This document shows positions 50,453 to 60,678 of a stretch of DNA of 64,000 bases, in pieces; within the stretch, counting starts at the first letter, position 1; every line of letters starts with the position of its first letter. Origin of the DNA: an uncultured Candidatus Saccharibacteria bacterium. GTDB lineage: Bacteria; Patescibacteriota; Minisyncoccia; Phycocordibacterales; UBA918. Position numbers and translations under genes: made by a program. The notes below the pieces were generated by a model. The model was not told the DNA's origin and ran no database searches. It saw nothing but the letters and a program-made list of their open reading frames with translations. The stretch covers positions 26,718-90,717 of the forward strand of contig CAYGTV010000003.1 of assembly GCA_964353135.1 (NCBI GenBank). Reading direction: 5' to 3'.

Positions 50453-51478
50453 CTATGAAGGCAGTATTGGGAGAGAGACGGTAATAGTGGTACCGCTACC
50501 TGGTGTACTTGCCATAGCAACTGTGCCGCTATGAGCCTCGATTATTTCTTTAACAATACTAAGCCCTAGCCCTGCTCCTGTATCTACTCCTTGAGTCCTA
50601 GCAGCATCAAGTGTTTCGAATCGCTCAAAGACTGCTACATGTTTATCTGCCGGAATACCTACTCCGGTATCTTGTACGATTATTTGCACCTCATGGGAAT
50701 CGAGCTGCTTGAGAATAACTCTCACCCGCCCTTCTGCCCGATTATAGTCGATCGCATTTTTTAGTAGATTCTGCAATACTTGGACTAACCCATCACGATC
50801 TGCAGTAAGAGTGATGTGTGGCTGCACGTCAGTGTGTAGTTCAACATTGCGAGTCCTGGCGTAGGACTGCATCCAAGACACCTCTTTTTCAACTAGCTGT
50901 GAGATGTCACACACCACTCGTTCTTTGTGTGTCGAAACCCCCTTTAGCAGCTGCAACAATTGATTTGACAGTCTGGTCAGGCGCTCTGATTCTTCGTTAA
51001 CATCATGTATAAAATCTTTGTAGTCTGCTGCACTTCGGTCTTTGCGCAGCATCGTATCGCTCCCTGCTCGCATAACCGACAGTGGTGTACGCAGCTCATG
51101 CGCAACCGTACCCATAAAAGCCAACTGTCGTTCTTGATTATGTTTGATTGGCTGGAGCGTTCGTCGAGCAAGCATATATGCAAATCCAGACACTACTAGC
51201 AAGATCATGAGATCAATAACAACAATCACACCTAGCAAGTGCTCTCGAAATTCTTCCATACTCCACTCATCGTGTTCTTGTTCAAATTCTTGACCATCGA
51301 TAACCATAGCCACTGGTTCGGCGGGAGTATAGAGAAATAATAATGCAGCGCTCGACACGACCAAAATCAAGAACGTACCAGCGACGTAATACAGAGTCAG
51401 TTTAATAGCTGCGCGCTCAAATTCACTCTGTTGTAAATTTGTAGCCCACGCCACGAATGGTTGAAATATATGTTTCAT
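50453..51478 (-). CDS. Sensor histidine kinase
   Basis: AHELRTPL, NLLKNA, DTGVGI, GAGLGL. Confidence 0.92.
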   Translation of the reverse strand: MKHIFQPFVAWATNLQQSEFERAAIKLTLYYVAGTFLILVVSSAALLFLYTPAEPVAMVIDGQEFEQEHDEWSMEEFREHLLGVIVVIDLMILLVVSGFAYMLARRTLQPIKHNQERQLAFMGTVAHELRTPLSVMRAGSDTMLRKDRSAADYKDFIHDVNEESERLTRLSNQLLQLLKGVSTHKERVVCDISQLVEKEVSWMQSYARTRNVELHTDVQPHITLTADRDGLVQVLQNLLKNAIDYNRAEGRVRVILKQLDSHEVQIIVQDTGVGIPADKHVAVFERFETLDAARTQGVDTGAGLGLSIVKEIIEAHSGTVAMASTPGSGTTITVSLPILPS

Positions 51479-52091
51479 GAGTACCTCCTAATTTATGCCT
51501 TAATTGTTTGATATACACATCAGTTATATTACTAAATGCACTATACGCGAAATCCCAACAGTGGTCGATCAATTGCTCCCTGGTCACAACCGTACCAGCG
51601 TTACGCATCAAGTACTCCAAAATGGCATACTCTTTGAGTGTCAATGCAACAGGAGTTCCAGCGACCGTGACACTGTGGGATACACAATCCAACACCACAT
51701 CACGAATCACAATCTCATCACTCAGCCTGGTTGCCGGCCGTCGCAGCAACGACCGTAATCGCGCGAGTAACTCCTGCATCTCAAATGGTTTAACCAAATA
51801 ATCGTCAGCACCGCTATCGAGACCTTCTATCCTGTCTTCAACTTCACCCCTAGCAGTCAACATTAGAATCGGAGTAACATTTCCTTCTGCTCGGATGTCT
51901 CTACAGATACTGATACCATCTTTTTCTGGCAACATAATATCGAGTACAATAGCATCGTACGAATTACTCAAAATCCGTCGCTCACCAGTAGCACCATCGC
52001 TTACAACATCTACTGCATACGCTTCTTCTTCCAAGGTTTGCTTGATGTATTTAGCAAGTTTTTCATTGTCTTCTACGACTAGTATCTTCAT
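51423..52091 (-). CDS. OmpR-family response regulator
   Basis: VVED, LDIMLP, GADDYLVKPF, TIRGVGY. Confidence 0.93.
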   Translation of the reverse strand: MKILVVEDNEKLAKYIKQTLEEEAYAVDVVSDGATGERRILSNSYDAIVLDIMLPEKDGISICRDIRAEGNVTPILMLTARGEVEDRIEGLDSGADDYLVKPFEMQELLARLRSLLRRPATRLSDEIVIRDVVLDCVSHSVTVAGTPVALTLKEYAILEYLMRNAGTVVTREQLIDHCWDFAYSAFSNITDVYIKQLRHKLGGTHETYISTIRGVGYKFTTE

Positions 52092-52128
52092 ACGATATTC
52101 ATAGTAGCACTGTATACATGAATAGAAC

Positions 52129-53025
52129 ATGAATGAATTTTCTTACCAAGAACGACACATGGGGACCGATGTTTCCCTGTCTTTTGTGTGCCCAGAGCGA
52201 ACCTACGCTGACCAGATCGCCAAAGCGGTGTACGACATTGTCACTCAGTATGAGCAAGAATTTTCCCGGTTTTTACCCCACAGCGCGCTCTCGACCCTTA
52301 ATAAAACCGGTCAGCTTACAATCAGTGACCGGTTTGATTCAGTACTCAAAACCAGCCTCGCTTTACACAGACAAACCAACGGTGTGTTTAACCCACTAGT
52401 GCAAGTAGCTACGCTTGGTTACGACACCACATTTGTAGACATTAGTAATCGCACCCTTAGCAACCCACCGCCCTACAACACAGACATAGACCAACTTCAG
52501 TTTAGTGACAACGCTAAAACCTTACAACTTGCACCAGGCCAACAGCTCGATTTTGGCGGTATTCTCAAGGGCTACTTGGCTACCGAGCTAGCAAACAAGG
52601 TCATGAATACGTACCCCAAATGTACTGGCTGCATCATCAACATCGGCGGTGACCTGGCAACCAGGGGCACTGACCCGCTTCATGAACCCTTCATTTTTAT
52701 GCTCTACAATCCGGTCACTGGTAGCGAAGTGCCAGTAGCACTTACCGACACAAGCTTGGCCACCAGCGGTACATACGCCAGGCAGTGGCAGACAAATGCT
52801 GGTATACGCAACCATATTGTAGACGTTACCAGCCAGCAAAATCCAACCAGTGATGTAACTGCAGTCAGCATCATTCACCCAGACGGCGCTACAGCTGAAG
52901 CCTTAACTAAACTATTTATCATCACCGGAATCGACAAGGCAACAAAACTCACCCCGCCAAAACAGCACGAGTACCAGTACTTTTGCATTACAAAGAACGG
53001 ACTAACTCACACCAATATCGTATGA
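52129..53025 (+). CDS. apbE: FAD:protein FMN transferase ApbE
   Basis: MGT, FSRF..S.LS.LN, DFGGILKG, GGD, ATSG, HI.D. Confidence 0.9.
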   Translation: MNEFSYQERHMGTDVSLSFVCPERTYADQIAKAVYDIVTQYEQEFSRFLPHSALSTLNKTGQLTISDRFDSVLKTSLALHRQTNGVFNPLVQVATLGYDTTFVDISNRTLSNPPPYNTDIDQLQFSDNAKTLQLAPGQQLDFGGILKGYLATELANKVMNTYPKCTGCIINIGGDLATRGTDPLHEPFIFMLYNPVTGSEVPVALTDTSLATSGTYARQWQTNAGIRNHIVDVTSQQNPTSDVTAVSIIHPDGATAEALTKLFIITGIDKATKLTPPKQHEYQYFCITKNGLTHTNIV

Positions 53026-53648
53026 AATTATATTTCTCAATTATCAAAATCAGTCAAGAATTACTACTAGCAGTTTCAGTAGTTATTCTGGCAGTGTTAC
53101 CGGGTGCTCTACTACTCACTCCAGATTGGTTTAGCGGACAGCGAATTACCCTGCTTTATTTTGCCGCGCACCTGTCACTTTTTTTTGTAATGCTTATTCG
53201 ACCACTAGCAGATTTATTCAAAGAAATTACCTGGATTCGCCCACTAGTGATTTTACGTAAAGGAATGGGAGTATTTTCCGCAGCAATCATTGTTTCTTTC
53301 ATCCTAGAAAAAAATATGATCGATGGCGTAGGCTACTTTACCAGCATGTTTGAAGCCAGCTACTGGTCGCTCAGTACCCTCGCGTTATTTGCCCATGCAG
53401 CCGACATTTCTGCCATCCTGCTTTTAATCACCTCCAACAACCTATCTAAAAAACTGCTCGGTAAAAATTGGAAGCGGATCCAACGATTATCCTACGTCTA
53501 TTTTTACGGCAGCGGTATCTATGTCTGGCTGATACTCGACGAAGTCTACGTCTTTTACTTCCTCGCTATTGTGACTGTAGCTACCAGCCTGGCTTGGCTA
53601 CGTAATCACAACTATCTTTTTATCATAACTAAACCTCAAACATCATGA
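53022..53648 (+). CDS. MsrQ-like ferric reductase transmembrane protein
   Basis: RK.MG, ITSN..S.K.LGKNWKRIQRL.Y; ATGA overlap with apbE. Confidence 0.8.
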   Translation: MKLYFSIIKISQELLLAVSVVILAVLPGALLLTPDWFSGQRITLLYFAAHLSLFFVMLIRPLADLFKEITWIRPLVILRKGMGVFSAAIIVSFILEKNMIDGVGYFTSMFEASYWSLSTLALFAHAADISAILLLITSNNLSKKLLGKNWKRIQRLSYVYFYGSGIYVWLILDEVYVFYFLAIVTVATSLAWLRNHNYLFIITKPQTS

Positions 53649-54343
53649 ACAAAATCATCCAAACTACCGGTGTAATCAGCCACTCTCACGACCTCTCACC
53701 AACCGCCCGTGAATACACTATACAACCGTCAGAGCCGATGCCGTTTGTCGCCGGAAGTTTTGTAAACATGTTTGTCGAAGATGGTGGAGAAAATATCAGA
53801 CGAGCGTTCTCAATGTCATCAAGCGATACTAGTACTGATGCATTCACCCTCACCATCCGACTGAGCCCTGGTGGCAAGCTCACGCCACTGATGTGGAACA
53901 AAGATTTTACCGGACGTGAGGTTAAACTCATGGGACCACTAGGGCTCAACACTGCCAACAAAATGACGAGTCGAAAAGTCTTCCTCTTTGGATTTGGGGT
54001 CGGAGCAGGTGTAGTTAAATCCTTGGCAGATCATTTTATCCGACGTTCAAACAAACCAGCCCTGACCATAGTTACAGGGAACCGTAGTGTGGAAGAAATT
54101 CTGCACCAAGACTACTTTGATAGCATTGCAGAAAATGACAACGTCACAGTCCAGTACGTCGTTTCAGACAAAAACCAAAATCAATATCCAGTTGGATACA
54201 TTCAAGACCACCTAACAGACTACGATTTCTCAGACAGCGATGTGTACGTCTGTGGTCAGACAGTTGCCTGCGACGCACTGGTTGCAACTGTAACTACCAC
54301 CAATCCAACCAACTGTAATTTCTTTGTCGAAGATTTCCATTAG
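53645..54343 (+). CDS. FAD/NAD(P)-binding FNR-like oxidoreductase
   Basis: RAFS, GPLG, YVCG, EDF. Confidence 0.85.
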   Translation: MNKIIQTTGVISHSHDLSPTAREYTIQPSEPMPFVAGSFVNMFVEDGGENIRRAFSMSSSDTSTDAFTLTIRLSPGGKLTPLMWNKDFTGREVKLMGPLGLNTANKMTSRKVFLFGFGVGAGVVKSLADHFIRRSNKPALTIVTGNRSVEEILHQDYFDSIAENDNVTVQYVVSDKNQNQYPVGYIQDHLTDYDFSDSDVYVCGQTVACDALVATVTTTNPTNCNFFVEDFH

Positions 54344-54352
54344 AAGCTATCG

Positions 54353-55252
54353 CTATCGAAATACCACAACTCTGTTTGAACTTTCAAGTAGCAGTTCACC
54401 CTTAGTTGTAAAAGAAAATGACTGCACCTCGGCTAAGTCAGCCGCAAACTTTTGTTCTTGTGAATCTTCGCAAAACATCTCTGTTGCGAACATTGGACCA
54501 AAGGTAAGAGTACTTCCCTGCACCGTATAAGAACCACCCATGGTGTTGCAGTCGGTCGTAATCGAGACACTATCGTCAGTACCAAACGTCACTGTAAAAG
54601 CATCAGCTTGGTTTGGAGTGAGTGTTTCTTGATCGTTGTACGTAGTTTCAACCCATGTCCAAGTCTGCATATCGAGTGTCATGATGTCCGGATTTGCTTC
54701 ACCCTCAAAATCTGTCATCACTTCCCCAAACTGCATCGTCTCTGGATCGAGGAGCAGCCGCAGCGAAGTACCAACAGAAGGCGGCGTTGTCATTGGTTCG
54801 TCCAGTGCTCTAGTTGCGTAATTAACAATCACCTGATTTCCTGGACCAGATTCAGTTGTTTGCGGTGCAATCCGATCTCCTAGAAAGAGCGCTTGTGAAC
54901 CAACATAACCGCTATCGCTAGCCAGTGCCGCCACGACGTAAAAGAATGTCCCACTACCGCCAGGATTTTGCGTTAGTAGAAACACCACGTCATCAACCCC
55001 ATCACCGTTTAAATCTTTGACTAATTCGTTACCAAAATAACTGGTCGTTACCTGGACCCCATCAACATCAGTCTCGGCCACACCATCAACCAAAGCGACC
55101 ACCTGCCCGTCGATCACGTAGGTCGCATTTTTATAATCAGTAACCACCACTGGATCAGCTTGTTTTTCGTTGTAGATGTAGGAATTAAACACAAAGAAAC
55201 CTACAACCAGAACCGCAACGCTTGCCAGAACACCAAAAGCTATTTTATTCAT
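54353..55252 (-). CDS. META domain exported protein
   Basis: TDCN..GGSY, TEMFC; N-terminal GGSGTFFY domain. Confidence 0.8.
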   Translation of the reverse strand: MNKIAFGVLASVAVLVVGFFVFNSYIYNEKQADPVVVTDYKNATYVIDGQVVALVDGVAETDVDGVQVTTSYFGNELVKDLNGDGVDDVVFLLTQNPGGSGTFFYVVAALASDSGYVGSQALFLGDRIAPQTTESGPGNQVIVNYATRALDEPMTTPPSVGTSLRLLLDPETMQFGEVMTDFEGEANPDIMTLDMQTWTWVETTYNDQETLTPNQADAFTVTFGTDDSVSITTDCNTMGGSYTVQGSTLTFGPMFATEMFCEDSQEQKFAADLAEVQSFSFTTKGELLLESSNRVVVFR

Positions 55253-55317
55253 ATCTATAGTATAGACCATATAGTTGAAATCAGTATCACGGTTGATTAC
55301 ACTGTAGAATACATAGT

Positions 55318-56274
55318 ATGCATCCAACCCAAACAAACGGCATCCACCACATCACCGCAATTACGACTGACCCACAGGCAAACCTCGATTTCTACGAGGG
55401 ATTTTTAGGACAAAAGTTGGTTAAGAAAACCGTCAACTTTGACGACCCTACCGCATATCACCTCTATTATGGTGATGCAGTTGGTACTCCTGGAACCCTC
55501 ATTACCTTTTTCTACTGGAAAGGTATGCCCCAAGGTATGCGTGGTTGTGGTGAGGTAGAAAGTATTTACTACACCATTAAACCAAACTCTCTCACCTACT
55601 GGAAAGACCGGGCGCTCGAGTTTGACGTAAGTTGTGAAGAAAAAGTACTACCGTTTGGTGAAGCAGTACTGATGATTAGTGACCCTGATGGTTTGAAAAT
55701 TGGGTTAGTAGCCAGCGATGTTGAAACCAATATTGTACCGTGGGAAGCGGGACCAGTACCAGCAGAACACGTACTGTATGGATTTTACGGTGCATTACTC
55801 AACCTACCTGAACACCGACCAATCGAACCAATTCTCGAAGAAGGACTCGGATACACCCTAGTTGACACCAAATCAGACATTACCCGGTACGAAGCAACCA
55901 GCTGGCCCGGAAAATACCTCGCAACCCAGGTGCGAGCCGACCTGCCGCAAGCGCGCCAAGGAGCTGGTTCGGTGCACCATATCGCATTTCAAGCAGATGA
56001 CGACAGTGTCCGCGAGGGACTGGAATTCCAAGTCAATGAATTAGGGATTGCTTCAACCGGACTAGTCGACCGATTTTACTTTCACGCGACATATTTCATG
56101 ACTCCAGCCGGAATATTGTTTGAACTTTCGACCAACGACATTGGAATGACCATCGACGAGCCCGCAGAAGAACTAGGTGAACATCTGCTCATCCCTAGAC
56201 ATCACGAAGCCAACCGAGCAGCGATCGAAGCATCACTGACGACGCTCGTGCTTCCTCGTAACAAAAATAGATAA
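55318..56274 (+). CDS. Ring-cleaving dioxygenase (MhqA/MhqO-like VOC)
   Basis: GIHHIT, KKTVNFDDP..YHLYY, VHHIAF, DRFYF. Confidence 0.9.
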   Translation: MHPTQTNGIHHITAITTDPQANLDFYEGFLGQKLVKKTVNFDDPTAYHLYYGDAVGTPGTLITFFYWKGMPQGMRGCGEVESIYYTIKPNSLTYWKDRALEFDVSCEEKVLPFGEAVLMISDPDGLKIGLVASDVETNIVPWEAGPVPAEHVLYGFYGALLNLPEHRPIEPILEEGLGYTLVDTKSDITRYEATSWPGKYLATQVRADLPQARQGAGSVHHIAFQADDDSVREGLEFQVNELGIASTGLVDRFYFHATYFMTPAGILFELSTNDIGMTIDEPAEELGEHLLIPRHHEANRAAIEASLTTLVLPRNKNR

Positions 56275-56278
56275 ATCT

Positions 56279-56926
56279 ATGAATATCCCTCACAGCTCAC
56301 TTCCCCATGGAGATCAAAACGTAGCGATCACTGGTAATACCAGCGATCCAAAGAAAGCTATCGTGCTAATCCACGGTCGCGGTGCCAGTGCTGACAGCAT
56401 CATGCAGCTAGCAGATGAACTTTCTATACCTGATGATTATATCGTACTCGCTCCGCAGGCTGCAGAACACGTCTGGTACCCAGAACGTTTCATTGTTCCC
56501 CAGGCCGATAACCAACCATCTCTCGACTCTGCTCTGAATCGGATTCATAGTATTATTAATTTTCTTGAAACTGAATATAGCATTCAAACAGAGAACATCG
56601 TCCTGTCCGGTTTCTCACAAGGGGCGTGTCTGGTGTCTGAATACCTCAAACAACATCCAGACAAATACCAAGGGGCAGCTATTTTTAGTGGTGGCCTAAT
56701 AGGAGGTGATATAGAAATTATCGGTGGTGATTTGGGCGACTTGCAACAAACACCGATCTATATCGGCTGTGACGTCACAGACTTTCACATCCCAAAAGAG
56801 CGAGTGGTCGCAACCAAAGAAGTCCTAACAGCAATGGGAGCAACCATTGACTTGCAACTCTACCAAGGGCTCGGTCACACCATTCACAAAGATGGACTAG
56901 AAGCCTTGCAAGATTTTATTGGCTAA
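56279..56926 (+). CDS. Phospholipase/carboxylesterase (MhqD-like)
   Basis: HGRG, GFSQG, D.HIP, GH. Confidence 0.87.
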   Translation: MNIPHSSLPHGDQNVAITGNTSDPKKAIVLIHGRGASADSIMQLADELSIPDDYIVLAPQAAEHVWYPERFIVPQADNQPSLDSALNRIHSIINFLETEYSIQTENIVLSGFSQGACLVSEYLKQHPDKYQGAAIFSGGLIGGDIEIIGGDLGDLQQTPIYIGCDVTDFHIPKERVVATKEVLTAMGATIDLQLYQGLGHTIHKDGLEALQDFIG

Positions 56927-56974
56927 GTCACTAGGGCTAAAATCAGTGGTGATGCTGCTGGGGCTATTGAAAAT

Positions 56975-57277
56975 TTAAGCACTTTCATTATCTTTTGGTT
57001 CTCCCCACTGCCACTTTGGTTTTTCTCCCTTGGTGTAACAAATTCTTATCAATGTAATAGTCAGCAGAACTACCGGCAATGCAAAAGTGAACATAACCTC
57101 GTTTATTGGTGATTGATCATCAAGTGTCAATACAAACCCTATCACCAAGGCCAAGTACAGTCCTGTAACTAACCAACCCTGCCAGGTGGCCGGTGTCCAA
57201 CCCCAGCCGTATAGTTTTCGCTTAAACCAGTATCCGTTTGGATTATCTTGCAGATAGGCGATGTATTCTTTAATCAT
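56975..57277 (-). CDS. Small membrane protein
   Basis: WFKRKLYGWGWTP..WQGW, KGEKP.W.WG. Confidence 0.7.
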   Translation of the reverse strand: MIKEYIAYLQDNPNGYWFKRKLYGWGWTPATWQGWLVTGLYLALVIGFVLTLDDQSPINEVMFTFALPVVLLTITLIRICYTKGEKPKWQWGEPKDNESA

Positions 57278-57315
57278 AGTTGTATTATACGCGAACTACA
57301 GCTTATGTAATGGAA

Positions 57316-57936
57316 CTACTGTCTATCGACTAACAATGGGTACGGGTTGATTGCCCCACCTGGACGCTGATACATCCCCATATGCAAGTGTGGTGGTGTC
57401 GTTTCTGCATTACCAGTAGTACCAACAAACCCGAGTACAGTGTCGGTCGTTACAGCCGTCCCCACACGCATACCATCAGCCACCCGATCAAAGTGTGCGT
57501 AGTAGTACCGCATATTGCCTGGACCAGTCACAAATACAAAATTACCTCCTCGTTCACCAAACCCAACTCGTGTCACATACCCAACGGTAGAAGAAAACAC
57601 AGGCGTGCCCCTACCGGCAAAAATATCTACCCCTTCGTGGGTGCGCCCCTCACTCCGAGCTGCTCCCCAGGTGTCAGCAATCTGACTAAGCGGGACCCCG
57701 TAGACAGGCACTGGTAATTCCGATACTGGTTCCAGATCAGCCAACTGTGACAACCTGAACGGCAAGCTGGCCAACTCGACCATCTGTTGCAACTGACCCG
57801 AAACGGATGTTGTTTGTTTGTTGAATTGGTCAATCACATAGAGTGATAACCACCCACAACTAGCTATTACGGATAATATAATTGTCCATCGCACCAACAC
57901 TGCTACACCCCTGCTTCTAGAATTATCTACCAACAT
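57316..57936 (-). CDS. M23 family peptidase
   Basis: HEGVD, YAH, HLH. Confidence 0.9.
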   Translation of the reverse strand: MLVDNSRSRGVAVLVRWTIILSVIASCGWLSLYVIDQFNKQTTSVSGQLQQMVELASLPFRLSQLADLEPVSELPVPVYGVPLSQIADTWGAARSEGRTHEGVDIFAGRGTPVFSSTVGYVTRVGFGERGGNFVFVTGPGNMRYYYAHFDRVADGMRVGTAVTTDTVLGFVGTTGNAETTPPHLHMGMYQRPGGAINPYPLLVDRQ

Positions 57937-58123
57937 ATTATAAGTACTACACGATCTTTTGAAAAAAATTTCAATTTTGAAGAGAAAATTTATATTTGAT
58001 GCAGGCAGTGTGGGACAAAATCAGAACTATTTTATCTAGGTACTTCTTCATGAAAATAATTGGTCTCACTCTACTTCAAAATCTTTCATTTCACGTACTT
58101 GCTCTATGGCTGCGGCTGCGACG

Positions 58124-58963
58124 CTACTCAAATATCGAAGAACCACTATCAAATTCAAGGTTAAACACTACTTGTCCTTCGTCATTTATAAAATAAGATT
58201 GCACCTGATCAAGCATTGCGGAGAACGCTTGTTCGTATGAATCTACACAGTACATTTGCGTCGCAAATAATCCACTAAAGGTTAGTCGATTTTCGTCTAC
58301 TACATAACTACCTCCCATTGCGTTGCAGTCGGTACTGATACTAAGTGAACCATCGTCACTGAAAGTCATAATGAACGCTTGATCAGTAGAAGTGGCTGGC
58401 GTGATAGATGTGCCGTCGCTGTAGATGGTCTGCACCCACGTCCAGCTCTGACTGGTAAGAGTCGGTGTGCTGGTGGCCCTATCATCGGTCTCCCCCATAG
58501 GGGTTGTAGTGGCGGTGCCATCAATTACGTCAGGTATACCGACGACATCTTGAATAGAAGAAATAGTAGCAGTCAGCGCGGCAATAGTTTCGCTTGAAGG
58601 TGCATTGTCTGCCGGTCCTTCATCTTGGTCGAGTGCTAGTAAGGTTGCCTGGTACTCAGTCAACATGCGTTCGAGTCCAACTAGCCCGTCATCCAACATC
58701 TTGGCTTGAGCTGCTGTTAGATTTCGCTCTTTACTCGCGTCAAGCGAAGCGTTGATTGTGTCCAACCTGGCAGCGATTTTAGTTCGGGCAGCAGCAACGT
58801 CTGCTGGCGAGAGCTCGGTTGTGTCCAAGTTTGCCAATTCTGATTCTAGTTTGGCCAGCTCATCGTCAACGGTAGCCACGTAATCAATCGAACTTTCATG
58901 CACCACAAACCACCCGATAGCACACAGTCCGATAACCCCGACCAATATCCCTAGCTTTTTCAT
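58124..58963 (-). CDS. META domain exported protein
   Basis: TDCNAMGGSY, TQMYC; helical N-terminal domain. Confidence 0.78.
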   Translation of the reverse strand: MKKLGILVGVIGLCAIGWFVVHESSIDYVATVDDELAKLESELANLDTTELSPADVAAARTKIAARLDTINASLDASKERNLTAAQAKMLDDGLVGLERMLTEYQATLLALDQDEGPADNAPSSETIAALTATISSIQDVVGIPDVIDGTATTTPMGETDDRATSTPTLTSQSWTWVQTIYSDGTSITPATSTDQAFIMTFSDDGSLSISTDCNAMGGSYVVDENRLTFSGLFATQMYCVDSYEQAFSAMLDQVQSYFINDEGQVVFNLEFDSGSSIFE

Positions 58964-59000
58964 ACAGTATGTCTGTCCCCCAAGTGTAGCAAACTATTGT

Positions 59001-59465
59001 ATGATTGAGAAAGCCATTATGAGACTCACCCGCAAACTACAACAAGAATGGAGCCAACTATTGTTGGGTGAATTTACCCCACACAGTATCGCGCTTGGGC
59101 TCGCCATTGGGACACTAGTGTCGCTCCTGCCGACGTTTGGGTTTAGTGCTCTGTTAGCTTTGCTGCTTATCTTTATTTTTCCTAGTATCAACCGCCCAGC
59201 AATTTTTGTCTCTTTGATTATTTGGAACCCTCTGATTCAAATTCCGATCTACGCCGCTAGTTTTCAATTGGGTTCAATCCTCTTTGCCGACGCAACGCTG
59301 GTTAAATACGACATCGAAATCCTCAACCAGCTATACAGTTTCACCAGACGATTCCTGGTTGCTCATCTGATTATTGTTTCAATAATCACTATGCTGACAT
59401 ACGTAATAGCGAGAGTGACACTTACATACCGCAACACCAAACAGGCTATATTAACGCAAGACTAG
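59001..59465 (+). CDS. DUF2062 family membrane protein
   Basis: TPHSIALGLAIG..P, NP..PIY. Confidence 0.8.
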   Translation: MIEKAIMRLTRKLQQEWSQLLLGEFTPHSIALGLAIGTLVSLLPTFGFSALLALLLIFIFPSINRPAIFVSLIIWNPLIQIPIYAASFQLGSILFADATLVKYDIEILNQLYSFTRRFLVAHLIIVSIITMLTYVIARVTLTYRNTKQAILTQD

Positions 59466-59526
59466 ATTGTAAAGGAGTGTACAAGCAGTATGGGTCATCC
59501 AATGCTAAGCATTTAGTCCTGCCGCT

Positions 59527-60558
59527 CTAAAGGGTTGCAAACACTCGCCTTTCTTTTGAATCGAATCGGATATTGTTACCGTACGGCATTGGAATTTGTG
59601 GTTCAGTATGACCAAAATCCATATTCTGTACTACAGGTATAGTCTTGTTGTAGTTACGAACTGTTTTGAGTATCGCTTCTTGCTGGTCTTTCCTATACCT
59701 CACCCTCTCTTCTGATGTTCTTACCACATCAAACTCACGCGCTTTTGCTCTACCGACACAAACTCCTTGTATGCGTTCTAAAATACCTCTTTCTCCAAAG
59801 GCACGAAATACTCTACTAACGTAATCTGCTGAAGGAATCTCTTCTGAAGTTTCCATCATCAGTACAATATTTGCAAATTGTTCTAGTGATGGAATCTGTA
59901 CTCCATGTCGTAACATTTCGTCGACCGACTCTACACACCCTCCCCATAATAAACCTTCAGTATCTTTGTCTCCATCCCAGCTCCAGCCTTCATTGGTTTC
60001 ATACTCACGCTCCTTGTCGAGCTGTGATTCATCACCCCAATCCAAACCAATATCATTGAAAGATTCACTCGGCAGTAATTCAAATTCACCTTCGTCAAAA
60101 AGAGCATGTTTTATATATTTAACAGTGTACGGATTCATTTCTTTTTGATGCGCGAACTGAGTAAAAAGTGCAGCTCCATAAAATGATGGAATTTCCTTTA
60201 AAAACAAAAAGTTTGAGAAGTGTGAGTTGTCACTAAAACCAAAGAAAGGTTTTGAATTATTGATAAACGGCTCACTCGGTAGATTCTTTATGTATGTAAC
60301 CTGAATGTCTCCTCCTAGAGTTGATATGACTCCCTTAATATCTGGGTCAGAAAATGCAGCAATTAAATCATTTGCTTTTTCTTCTACTGTAGCATCAAGC
60401 TTATCTGCTGCCGGATACACAACCGGTTCAAGTTCAAATTCTTCGCGGAGTCTTTTTAACCCTAGTTCATGTACATGTGGCCACACAGCGGACGCAGCGA
60501 AGCTGGGTGAAACTATCGCAACTTTGTCTCCTTTGGATAATTTAGACAACTTTTTCAT
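59527..60558 (-). CDS. S66 LD-carboxypeptidase (MccF-like)
   Basis: GD.VAIVSPS, GFSD, GG, ETSE, FGHT.P. Confidence 0.9.
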   Translation of the reverse strand: MKKLSKLSKGDKVAIVSPSFAASAVWPHVHELGLKRLREEFELEPVVYPAADKLDATVEEKANDLIAAFSDPDIKGVISTLGGDIQVTYIKNLPSEPFINNSKPFFGFSDNSHFSNFLFLKEIPSFYGAALFTQFAHQKEMNPYTVKYIKHALFDEGEFELLPSESFNDIGLDWGDESQLDKEREYETNEGWSWDGDKDTEGLLWGGCVESVDEMLRHGVQIPSLEQFANIVLMMETSEEIPSADYVSRVFRAFGERGILERIQGVCVGRAKAREFDVVRTSEERVRYRKDQQEAILKTVRNYNKTIPVVQNMDFGHTEPQIPMPYGNNIRFDSKERRVFATL

Positions 60559-60678
60559 AGTCTGAGTATATCAAAGTTCGAATCTCTTACTCTCGCGCTC
60601 GCACAAACGAAAAAAGTCTTTCGGACTTGTTTCGGTGCTCGCGGGCAGTGTGGGACGAAATACGAACTATTTTGACAT

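Larger units (their letters stand above)
58001..60673 (+). repeat. 33-bp direct repeat pair bounding a 2.6-kb three-gene segment
   Basis: GC(A/G)GGCAGTGTGGGAC(A/G)AAAT(CA/AC)GAACTATTTT at 58001-58033 and 60641-60673 (29/33 identical). Confidence 0.75.
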
